From an uncultured delta proteobacterium (GTDB lineage Bacteria > Myxococcota > Myxococcia > Myxococcales > Myxococcaceae), in NCBI GenBank assembly GCA_963713045.1, contig CAVQKE010000005.1, positions 1 through 64,000 on the forward strand: DNA of 64,000 bases. Reading direction: 5' to 3'. The position numbers and the translations under genes were made by a program. Shown here piece after piece: positions 51,009 to 59,503 of the stretch (within the stretch, counting starts at the first letter, position 1; each line of letters begins with the position of its first letter). The notes under the pieces are model-generated. The model ran no database searches. It was not told the DNA's origin and worked only from the letters and a program-made list of their open reading frames with translations.

Positions 51009-52796
51009 TTACAGGCCCTCCCGGGCTGCAACTTCCTCGGTGACGCTGCGTGCGTCGAGGGGGAGGCCGGGAATGTGCGCCACCGAACGAAGGCGCGGGA
51101 CGAGCTCCGCCTTGACGTCCAACCGCAAGAGGGCATGCAGCTGCCCATCCCGGTTTTGCTCCACCACGTACACCCTCTCGTGCCCTTGCACGAAGGCCTC
51201 GACTTCCCGGCTGAAGGGGTAGGCGCGCACCCGGAGGTAGTCCGCTTCAATGCCCTTCTCGCGGCGCAGCTGTTCGCGGGCCTCCAGCACTCCGTGGTGG
51301 CTCGAGCCGTAGGCGACAATGCCCACCACCGCGCCTTGCCCTTCCAGGACGGGTGCCGGGAGGGCTGAGCGGGCGTTGTCCACCTTGCGGGCCAGCCTGG
51401 CCAGGTTGCGTTCCCAGTCGTCCGAGCGCTCGGAGTATTGGGCTTTCTCGTTGTGCCCCGTCCCGCGGGCGAAGTAGGCCGCCGCTGGGTGGTCCGTCCC
51501 CGGAAGCGTCCGGTACCCAATCCCATCGCCGTCCACGTCCCGGTACCTTTCGAAGCCGCCCAGGCGGTCCAAGTCCTCCTTGGAAAGCACTTTGCCCCGG
51601 CGGATGGGCTTGTCCGGGTAGCGAAAAGGTTCGGCCATCCAGTTGTTCATCCCCAGGTCGAGGTCCGACAGGACGAAGACCGGCGTCTGGAAATGCTCCG
51701 CAATGTCAAAGGCCTCCCACCCAAACTCAAAGCACTCCTCCACCGTCGCCGGCAAAAGCAGCAGGTGTTTGGTGTCCCCGTGCGAGAGGAAGGCCGTGGA
51801 CAGCACGTCGCCCTGCGAAGTACGGGTGGGAAGGCCGGTCGACGGACCGACGCGCTGCACATCCCAAATCACGGCCGGCACCTCAGCGAAATAGCCGAGC
51901 CCGGCAAATTCACCCATTAGGGAAATGCCCGGACCGGCGGTGGATGTCATGGCACGCGCGCCAGCCCAGCCGGCCCCCATCACCATTCCAATGGCGGCCA
52001 ACTCGTCCTCCGCTTGGACAATGGCAAACGTCGCCTTGCCATCGGCCGTCAGCCGGTAACGCTTCATGTAGCCGATGAGGGATTCGACCAGCGAGGAGGA
52101 AGGGGTGATGGGGTACCAGGTCACCACCGTCACGCCGCCAAACATCGCGCCCAGGGCGGCGGCGGCATTTCCATCGATGATGATTTTCCCCCGGTTGGCG
52201 TCCATCCGGTGAACGACGAAGGGGTCGGCCTTGTGGAGTCGAGTTGTGGCGAATTCGAATCCGGCCCGCGCCGCGGCGAGGTTGAGCTCGAGCGCTTTGG
52301 CCTTCTTGGCGAAGTGTTTTCCAATGGCCCGCTCGACTTCGGCCATTTCCAACTCCAAGAGGTTGGCCACCACTCCGACGTAGGCCATGTTGCGCAGCAG
52401 CTTCTTGGTTTTGGCCTCGCTGCTGATGGGCTGCACCACCTTGTCAAACGGCACCGGGTAAAAGGCGACGTCCGAACGCTGGGCTGAGAGGCCGAGCGGC
52501 TCGTCATACACCACGGCGGAACCGGGCCGCAGGCTGGCCACGTCCTCCTGGGCAGACTCGGCATTCATCGCCACCAGGAAGTCGATTTCTTTCTTCCGGC
52601 CAACCCAGCCATCCTTGTTGGCCCGGATGGTGTACCAGGTGGGCAGGCCAGCAATGTTGGAGGGAAAGAGATTCTTCCCAGACACCGGCACGCCCATTTG
52701 GAAAATGGCGCGGAGCAGCACCGTATTCGCACTTTGCGAACCAGAGCCATTCACCGTCGCCACTTGAAGGCTGACGTCGTTCACCACGTTCGACAT
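51009..52796 (-). CDS. 2-oxoacid:acceptor oxidoreductase alpha subunit
   Basis: YPITPSS, QAEDELAA, TSTAGPG, QRVGPSTGLPT. Confidence 0.95.
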   Translation of the reverse strand: MSNVVNDVSLQVATVNGSGSQSANTVLLRAIFQMGVPVSGKNLFPSNIAGLPTWYTIRANKDGWVGRKKEIDFLVAMNAESAQEDVASLRPGSAVVYDEPLGLSAQRSDVAFYPVPFDKVVQPISSEAKTKKLLRNMAYVGVVANLLELEMAEVERAIGKHFAKKAKALELNLAAARAGFEFATTRLHKADPFVVHRMDANRGKIIIDGNAAAALGAMFGGVTVVTWYPITPSSSLVESLIGYMKRYRLTADGKATFAIVQAEDELAAIGMVMGAGWAGARAMTSTAGPGISLMGEFAGLGYFAEVPAVIWDVQRVGPSTGLPTRTSQGDVLSTAFLSHGDTKHLLLLPATVEECFEFGWEAFDIAEHFQTPVFVLSDLDLGMNNWMAEPFRYPDKPIRRGKVLSKEDLDRLGGFERYRDVDGDGIGYRTLPGTDHPAAAYFARGTGHNEKAQYSERSDDWERNLARLARKVDNARSALPAPVLEGQGAVVGIVAYGSSHHGVLEAREQLRREKGIEADYLRVRAYPFSREVEAFVQGHERVYVVEQNRDGQLHALLRLDVKAELVPRLRSVAHIPGLPLDARSVTEEVAAREGL

Positions 52797-52914
52797 GGTT
52801 TCCCTTCGCCCCGCCTCCGACAGCGTCCCACCAAGGCGGCGGCGCAGCAACAAAAGTCTCTTCTGGGAAGAAGCTGCTGAATCTGCCCGTAGCTCTCACC
52901 TAACACGCCAGTGG

Positions 52915-53682
52915 TTAGAATGCGTAGCCCAGTCCAACCACGGCGTTTTGCTCGCCCACAAAGCCCACTTCGACAAAGGCCTCGAGGTGTGCCGGCAGGC
53001 TAAAGCTCGAGCCGAGACTGACGCGAAAGTGGTGCGCATCGCCCCCGGTGAGCGATTGGCCTTGCGGAGCAAAAAAGACTGGGCCGCCAAAGACGGCGAC
53101 GCCCGCGTACGGAAGCCAAAAGCCAAACAACCGCTTTCCGATGACCGCCGACAGCCGAAAATCCAACGCTGTCAATTGCGGCCGGTCCGTCGCGTCCAGG
53201 TCGTCGTACGTCGAGGCGCTGGCCACGCCGGCAGTCAGGCTCGCGGCCACGAAGGGCAACGCTCCCGTTCCGTCCAAAAAGGTGTAGGCCAGCGAGACGC
53301 TGCTGAGAACTCCCGGCTGGAGACGGTAATTGCCGAGCTGGCCGTCGAGACTTCCCGAAATGATGACGCCGACAGACGCCTGCACCGACCACGCAGAAAA
53401 CCGGTAGGTGAAGGCGACGGCGCTGCTCAATTCTTCGAGGCGCTGGTCGGCACCATTGAAGATGAGGTCCGTCCGAAGTCCACCCACACTCAGGGCGAGC
53501 TGGAAGCGCCGCTCGGCTTCGAGGTTCTCGCCACAGGTGCCCGTGAGACCCACGGGGGGTGCCACGCCTCAGGCGCAGGCGAGGGCGGGAGCAAGCAGGG
53601 CCGCGAAAAGGCCCACCCCCCACAACGTGGCGCTCAGCCGTCGGGGGCGTCCTCTGCGCCGCTTCGCCGTTCGGACTCTCAC
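52915..53682 (-). CDS. Candidate selenoprotein: exported beta-barrel with N-terminal Cys-Ala-Sec (in-frame TGA at 53569-53571)
   Basis: ORFs 53569-53790 and 52915-53565 share one frame, separated only by TGA-GGC; signal peptide ..LLAPALA|C-A-U-G; downstream amphipathic strands ending GLGYAF; SECIS-like hairpin after the UGA. Confidence 0.75.
53540..53571 (-). promoter_or_regulatory. Putative bacterial SECIS element
   Basis: UGA-GGCGUGGCACCC-[CCCGUG-GGUCU-CACGGG]; perfect 6-bp stem, loop GGUCU begins 18 nt after the UGA. Confidence 0.7.
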
Positions 53683-54184
53683 CCTGCCCTCTCTCTCGCT
53701 GCCCGGCTTGGAAGAAGCGGTGGCGGAGCCTCCCCCCCCCCGGGCAAAGAGTGGGCATCGGCTTAGCCCAGCCACCTGCCACTCGGCCACTCCGGCTGTC
53801 CCGGGCCCGGGCGGCCCACCATCCGTGTGGACGGAACGGCAAACCAGCGGTCCTCCCGCGACACTTCCTTGCCATTCGGGCGAAGGTGAGCCACTTGCCT
53901 GAAGTGGCGACTACCTCAGCCCCCTTGCGTCCTCCTCATCTCGCGCGCCGGTGCAACCGACCACCCCGTCGCCGCTGATGGGGCCCGACGAGGAGCGTCG
54001 GGCGGCGCCGGCTGACTCCTTGGCCTGAGGACGCTCGAGCAGCTTGGCGCTCGTTTTGACGGGGAGCCCCTGGCGCAGGAGTCTGCTCGCCCCTAGCCTG
54101 CGTAGAAGAGCCCGGGGCCGGTCCCCGGGGAATTCGAAGCCCGCGACTTTGGAAGTCGCGGCCCTTAGCAAGGAGCCTTCCGCC

Positions 54185-54430
54185 ATGGCCAGACTGGACA
54201 GTGAAGAACGTAACGCGGAACCCGGTGGTACCTTCGCCTTCCCGAAGCAACGCAAAGAGCCACTCGAGGACGCTTCCCACGTGCGGAATGCCGTTGCGCG
54301 TTTCAACCAGGTTCAAGGCGTAAGCGACGACGAGCGCGACGAGGCTTGGAAGCGCATCCAGGCGGCCGCCAAGAAATTCGGCGTCGACGTCAAAGAAGGC
54401 ACCTGGCGCGAGCTTCATCCGAAGAAGTAA
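54185..54430 (+). CDS. DUF6582-like small protein
   Basis: FAFPKQRKEPL.DASHVRNAVARFNQV; AAGGAG RBS. Confidence 0.75.
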   Translation: MARLDSEERNAEPGGTFAFPKQRKEPLEDASHVRNAVARFNQVQGVSDDERDEAWKRIQAAAKKFGVDVKEGTWRELHPKK

Positions 54431-54568
54431 GCCCTCAGGACCACGGCCGAGAGACCGATTGCACCCGGGGCCGCTGCGGCGGCTGAAGCGCCGTCTTCCG
54501 GCCCGAGGCTGAGTGCGCCCTTTGGGCCATTGAGGCGCCCGTGCATCCGCGACACACTGTCCGTCCCC

Positions 54569-54766
54569 ATGGACGTATTCTTCCTCTTTCACCCGGTGCT
54601 GTGGTGGAGAAGCCTCAGCCTCTCCGACCGGCGTGAATTGGTGGCGGTCCTCGTCGGGGTCTGCGTCATCCTTCTGACAACGTGGCTCGGCGTACGCCGG
54701 TGGTGGCGACGCTGGAAGCGGGACCCCAACGACGCCGACGCGGACGAGGAGGAGGCCGAGGAGTAG
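54569..54766 (+). CDS. Small single-TM protein with acidic tail
   Basis: Hydrophobic LVAVLVGVCVILLTTWLGV, then RRWWRRWKR and a D/E tail. Confidence 0.5.
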   Translation: MDVFFLFHPVLWWRSLSLSDRRELVAVLVGVCVILLTTWLGVRRWWRRWKRDPNDADADEEEAEE

Positions 54767-54796
54767 GGAGGAGCCCGCCCGCCCTGCTGAAGCCAG

Positions 54797-55000
54797 CTAC
54801 GGCTTGCGTACCCAGCCCCCCTCGCGCTTCTCATAGCTGCGCTTGACGGCAGCCCACGCCACGCGCGCTGCCCTCACCTCGTCCTGTCCGTATTCCGCCA
54901 ACGCATGGTTGAAGGCTTCGCGGTAAATGTCCTGGGCATGGTTCGGCAACACGTGCTGCACGCTGTGTGGAAGTTGCGAGTTGTCCAAGTAGGGTGCCAT
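54797..55000 (-). CDS. chaB: ChaB family protein
   Basis: LPHSVQHVLPNHAQDIYREAFN..AARVAWAAVKRSYEK. Confidence 0.85.
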   Translation of the reverse strand: MAPYLDNSQLPHSVQHVLPNHAQDIYREAFNHALAEYGQDEVRAARVAWAAVKRSYEKREGGWVRKP

Positions 55001-55265
55001 GTCTCGACCCGTCGCAATGGTGGTACCCGCGCTCGCCTTCCGCAAGTCATTTGCAGGCCAGAAGCCCCCCGCAGTGGAGCATCCCCGACGCTTCGTTGAA
55101 TTCGCGCCACCGAGCGACACGCTCTCTTCAAGGCACCGCCTCTGCACCTTCGTTTGGCAGTGTGAGGTGTGCCGGTTTCTCGCCGCGTGAGCTCTCCTGA
55201 AGCAGACTTGCCAAGAGCCATCAGGGACGAGAGGCAAGCCTGCGGCTCGGAGAGCTACCCCCGGC

Positions 55266-56168
55266 GTGTCCCCTCCGTGCCCCCACTGCGGCTTTACCGG
55301 TCCGAGCCTTGACCCGGGGACCTGCGGCCGCTGCGGGGTCATCTTCTCTCGCCTTCACATCGCGCCGGCGCCTGCGCGGGAGGCCCCGCTGGAACCGGCG
55401 GCCCCGCCGGACGACGCATTGGTCGACGCGCCGGACGTTGGCGCCCGCAGCGAAAACGGTTGGGCCCTCCCCCTCGCCTTCGGCGTCGCGCTGCTCCTCA
55501 ACAGCAACGGCTGCGGTCGGCTCGTCGTCTTCTCGACCGCGTCGAACTGGTCGCACGAGTTGGGCCATGCCACCTGGCGCTGGCTGAACGGCCGCAGTGC
55601 CATCCCCGCACTCTTCTTCACCTTTTACTCGGAACCGGGGCGCTCGGTCGTCTTCTCACTGCTTGTCGTCGGCGGTCTGGTTGCGCTTCTGCTCTGGGCG
55701 CGCAGCGCGGACTGCCGGGGTCTGGTGGCTCTCGCAGCCGCTTTCTTGGCCGTTTTCGCTGGCTTGGCCATCGCCATGCCAGTGGCCAAAGAGCACCTCC
55801 TGGAAAGCTTCGCTGGCATCTTCGGCGAGTTTTGGATTTCGACCTTGTGGGTCGTCCTCTTCTACTTCCAGTTTCCGGCTTCGGTCCGATGGCAACAGCT
55901 GCGTTGGGCCTTCCTCTTCCTCGGCGCAGCCGCGTACACCCGCATCCTGGGCATTTTTCTCGCCTCACGCACGGACATGAGCCGGCTTCCGTGGGGCTCC
56001 TTCTACGGGGGCGACGGAGACCTCGACAAATTGCTGGCTGCGGGCTGGCTCGTCCCCTTCATTCGCCAGGTGTACTTCACGGTTGCGGTCATCTGCGGCG
56101 TCATACTCGTGCTTTACTACGTCTACTTTCTTTGGCAGTTGCAGCAAGCCCGCCGGGCGCCCCCTTGA
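55266..56168 (+). CDS. Membrane protein with N-terminal zinc ribbon and HExxH (M50-like peptidase)
   Basis: CPHC..CGRC; SHELGH; multiple TM; GDGD near the C-terminus. Confidence 0.6.
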   Translation: MSPPCPHCGFTGPSLDPGTCGRCGVIFSRLHIAPAPAREAPLEPAAPPDDALVDAPDVGARSENGWALPLAFGVALLLNSNGCGRLVVFSTASNWSHELGHATWRWLNGRSAIPALFFTFYSEPGRSVVFSLLVVGGLVALLLWARSADCRGLVALAAAFLAVFAGLAIAMPVAKEHLLESFAGIFGEFWISTLWVVLFYFQFPASVRWQQLRWAFLFLGAAAYTRILGIFLASRTDMSRLPWGSFYGGDGDLDKLLAAGWLVPFIRQVYFTVAVICGVILVLYYVYFLWQLQQARRAPP

Positions 56169-56372
56169 GGGCCGCCAGCCAGTCCGTGCTTTCAGCTGCG
56201 GCTGCAAGCGACCTGAGGGGATGCTTGGCGCGACGCGGCATGTTTTCTGGCCGCCCTGCGCGGCTAGCGAGCGCTCCTGCGGACCGTCGGCGAGCCAAAG
56301 CCGCATCGAGCAAAAACCAGAACTGGCCGCGCGCCTGAGAGCTACAGTCAAGTGGCTGCTAAGGAGGACATC

Positions 56373-57116
56373 ATGGCTGAGCGCGTCGCGGTCGTTACCG
56401 GCGGAACGGGTGGGCTGGGAGCGACCATCAGTACCAAGCTGCATGACCGAGGCTACATCGTTGTCATCACCTATTCGCCGAGCAACACCACCATCCAAGA
56501 GACGCTCTCGGAGTTCAAGTCGAAGGGCTACAACTTTCGTGCCTACCAGGTGGACGTCGCGGATTTCGACTCTTGCCGAAGCTGTGTCGAGAAAATCCAC
56601 AAAGAGGTGGGCCCGGTCGACATCCTCATCAACAACGCCGGCATCACCCGCGACATGACGTTCCGGAAGATGACGAAGGGGGACTGGGACGCCGTGCTGC
56701 GGACGAATCTCGACAGCATCTTCAACATGACGAAGCATGTCTGCGACGGCATGGTCGAGCGCGGCTGGGGACGCATCATCAACGTCAGTTCTGTCAACGG
56801 CTCAAAAGGTGCCTTTGGTCAGACGAATTACGCTGCGGCGAAGGCCGGCATGCACGGCTTCAGCAAGGCTCTCGCCTTGGAAGTCGCGCGCAAGGGCGTC
56901 ACCGTCAATACCATCAGTCCTGGCTACATCGGGACGAAGATGGTGACGGCCATCCCCAAGGAAGTCTTGGACACAAAAATCATCCCCCAAATTCCTGTCG
57001 GCCGCCTCGGCAAGCCGGAGGAGGTGGCCGGTCTCATCATCTACCTCTGTTCCGACGAGGCAGCCTTCGTCACAGGGGCCAACATCGCCATCAACGGCGG
57101 CCAGCACATGCAGTGA
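56373..57116 (+). CDS. phaB: Acetoacetyl-CoA reductase
   Basis: TGGTGGLG, NNAGITRD, SSVNG.KG.FGQTNYAAAKAG, QIPVGRLG, INGGQHMQ; AAGGAGG RBS. Confidence 0.92.
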   Translation: MAERVAVVTGGTGGLGATISTKLHDRGYIVVITYSPSNTTIQETLSEFKSKGYNFRAYQVDVADFDSCRSCVEKIHKEVGPVDILINNAGITRDMTFRKMTKGDWDAVLRTNLDSIFNMTKHVCDGMVERGWGRIINVSSVNGSKGAFGQTNYAAAKAGMHGFSKALALEVARKGVTVNTISPGYIGTKMVTAIPKEVLDTKIIPQIPVGRLGKPEEVAGLIIYLCSDEAAFVTGANIAINGGQHMQ

Positions 57117-57523
57117 CGCCACACGGCCAAGGTCCGAGACCGCCAGACCTGCTTTGCGGCGCGCTTCGTCTTCTTCTTCGTCTTTGGCGGTAGCGTCGAG
57201 ACCAGCGCCAGCGCCGCTTCAAGCAAAGCCGCCAAGCGCTTGGGCTGAGCAACCACCGTCGCTGGAATGACGAGCCAGTCCTTCATCACTTTTCCGGTTC
57301 GCATGGGGTCAAAGCCGGCGGCCTGAGCGAGGTCCGGCAACTTCTTCCAAAGCGCTTCCGGCAAGCGGATGACTGCGTTCTCCTCATGCAAGCCGGCGAA
57401 GAAATGGCCGTGCACGAAGGCCGCTGGATAGCCGAACATTTTCTTCGGCTCGACGAGGGGACTTTGGGGCAGCGCCGCTTCGAAGCGTGCGATGAGGTCC
57501 GGTGGAGATTTCTTGAAGCCCAT
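57041..57523 (-). CDS. TfoX/Sxy N-terminal domain protein (3' end probably over-extended into phaB)
   Basis: KKMFGYPAAFVHGHFFAG, FDPM..MKDW, LPPK..KK tail. Confidence 0.8.
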   Translation of the reverse strand: MGFKKSPPDLIARFEAALPQSPLVEPKKMFGYPAAFVHGHFFAGLHEENAVIRLPEALWKKLPDLAQAAGFDPMRTGKVMKDWLVIPATVVAQPKRLAALLEAALALVSTLPPKTKKKTKRAAKQVWRSRTLAVWRHCMCWPPLMAMLAPVTKAASSEQR

Positions 57524-57839
57524 GTCCGTGACGTTACCCACGCCACACCGTCCCGGGGTGCGCTTCGTCGTCGGATGCGGTCGTCGGTACGCAACCGGCA
57601 GAGCGACATGACGTAGATCCGGTAATACCTCCGACGCGCATGAAGGCAAGTGCCACGGAGAATCGGGCGTCGATTGTGCGCGCCACGACCTCTTCAACTA
57701 TGTCACAAATGGGTTGGTCGACCCCAACTCGGATGCCAAAGGTTGGCGGCGAGGATCGGAACTTTCGGTCTCTAACCAGGCGAGTGACCCCGGGTCGCCG
57801 TGCCCGAGCGAGTCTCATGCGTTGCGGAGGAGCATAGGC

Positions 57840-59258
57840 GTGCGAGCACGAATCGCGGCACCCACCTCGGTGGCGGCTCTCGCTGCATGGCTGGATTTCA
57901 GCCGCCTACAGGAGTTCCATCACGCTGACAGCCTTGTGCCCGTGCTCACGGGGTTAACCGCCTGGACGCCATTCTATTGGGGACAAGACCGCTACGGCAT
58001 GCTCATCCCGCTGCTCGCGCTTCCGGTTCGAGACCCGGCGTCGCACCTCTTGTTGCAAGGGTTTTTGACGATGGCGCTTTCGGTTTGGGGGCTCATCCTG
58101 TTGGTCCAAATTCTGCTCCCGCGCTCGGTGCCGTGGACTGCGGCGGCCGCACTCCTCGTCATACTGCTGCTCCTAATCCCCCCAGCGGAAGAGGTGCGCT
58201 TCAACATCCTCTGGGTGCAGCCCTACATGCTGTCAATCGGCCTCGCACTAACAGCAATGAAACTAGTAAATCGTCGTAGTACATCGCGGATTGCGACGGC
58301 AGCCCTCCTCTATCTCGCGGCAGCCTGGGTTAACGTCAGTATGGCCACGGTAGTAGCGCCACTGGTGCTCTGGCGGGCGCTCGTCACGGACTACGGGCGC
58401 CTCGGCCTAGCGCGCCTTCGTTTCGCGGTCATCAATCTCCTCTTCGTCGCCATTGCAACATACGCCTCCGTTCGCTTGTCCCAAGCAGTCTCCCTGCCTC
58501 ACAACTCTACTGAACTCGTGCCCGCAGCGGCTTGGCCCTCCGCGGCGCGTGCCTTGTTCCGGGCAGCGAGTGGCTACGAGAAGGTACGTGCTTGGGTTGG
58601 CATGGCGCTCGGGCTCGCCGCACTCGGGCTTCTGGGTCTCGCCGCAGCGTCTGTTCGGCGGTTCGCCCGGCCCATTCTGAGCGCGGCCTGCGGGCTCGTC
58701 CTAACTGCGATTGTCCCCTTCGTGCTTGCCGCCTCCTCGCGCTGGGTGGCCCAAAACAACTATTCCGTGCGCTACCTGATTCCAACCTTCGTGTTGCTGC
58801 AAGCAGCTTGCTGCCTGCTAGCGACACTTCCAATGCTCACTTTACACGCCGACCAGCAGCGTGCGCTGAATTGGGCAAGCGTGGCCGCAGTCGCTATCGC
58901 ATTGCTGTTAGCAGTCGGCCCACCAAGCCGGAAGGCAGTGGAGCACGCATTCGAGTCTCGCTGGGGAACCACCGCGCGAGAGGTCATCGCCGGGCGGGCG
59001 ACGCATGTCACCGGCGACTACTGGAAGGTGTGGCCCACTGTCTTCTACGCAAGCTGGCTCTTGGGCACGCCGGGGCGCAAGGACTGGCCCTACGGCCTCG
59101 CCGACCGGAGCATCGCCACCCTGTCGAGGTCGCGCGCCGTTTCTCATCCCCGGGTTGCCGCCATCGGTTCCGTTACCACCGGTCTCGCCCTTCTCGGGCC
59201 GCAGCGCTGGTACATCGCGGAGCGTCGCCCTACCTGCGTGATTCTCGCCGTTCATTGA
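57840..59258 (+). CDS. Polytopic membrane protein, putative GT-C glycosyltransferase
   Basis: HADSLVP, FYWGQDRYG, many TM helices, RYL motif, GDYW; GGAGGAG RBS. Confidence 0.55.
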   Translation: MRARIAAPTSVAALAAWLDFSRLQEFHHADSLVPVLTGLTAWTPFYWGQDRYGMLIPLLALPVRDPASHLLLQGFLTMALSVWGLILLVQILLPRSVPWTAAAALLVILLLLIPPAEEVRFNILWVQPYMLSIGLALTAMKLVNRRSTSRIATAALLYLAAAWVNVSMATVVAPLVLWRALVTDYGRLGLARLRFAVINLLFVAIATYASVRLSQAVSLPHNSTELVPAAAWPSAARALFRAASGYEKVRAWVGMALGLAALGLLGLAAASVRRFARPILSAACGLVLTAIVPFVLAASSRWVAQNNYSVRYLIPTFVLLQAACCLLATLPMLTLHADQQRALNWASVAAVAIALLLAVGPPSRKAVEHAFESRWGTTAREVIAGRATHVTGDYWKVWPTVFYASWLLGTPGRKDWPYGLADRSIATLSRSRAVSHPRVAAIGSVTTGLALLGPQRWYIAERRPTCVILAVH

Positions 59259-59503
59259 ATTGAAGCGTCGGCCGGCAGCGAGGCTGACCGAGATTCATAG
59301 CCGGCACCGCTCTCGCCGTCGCAGGGCAAGCCATTTTTCGCCGAGACGAGAGGTTGCAACCGCTGAGGGACGGCGCCGATGTAGTCGCGTGGCAGCTCGT
59401 GAACGATGGCACGGCTCCGCAGTCCTCAGAGCGGCGCCGTGTACCAGCGTGGTTTACCTTGTGCTTTGAGGGGCCGGCGCTGACACTCGTGGCGCAATTG
59501 AAG

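Noticed and set aside
53820..53880. c-di-GMP-I riboswitch suggested by GGCAAACC
   Set aside because: No GNRA-capped P2 stem or GCAAAGC continuation.
57534..57818. Degraded toxin-antitoxin or other gene remnant
   Set aside because: Only a vague resemblance; no motif I can support.
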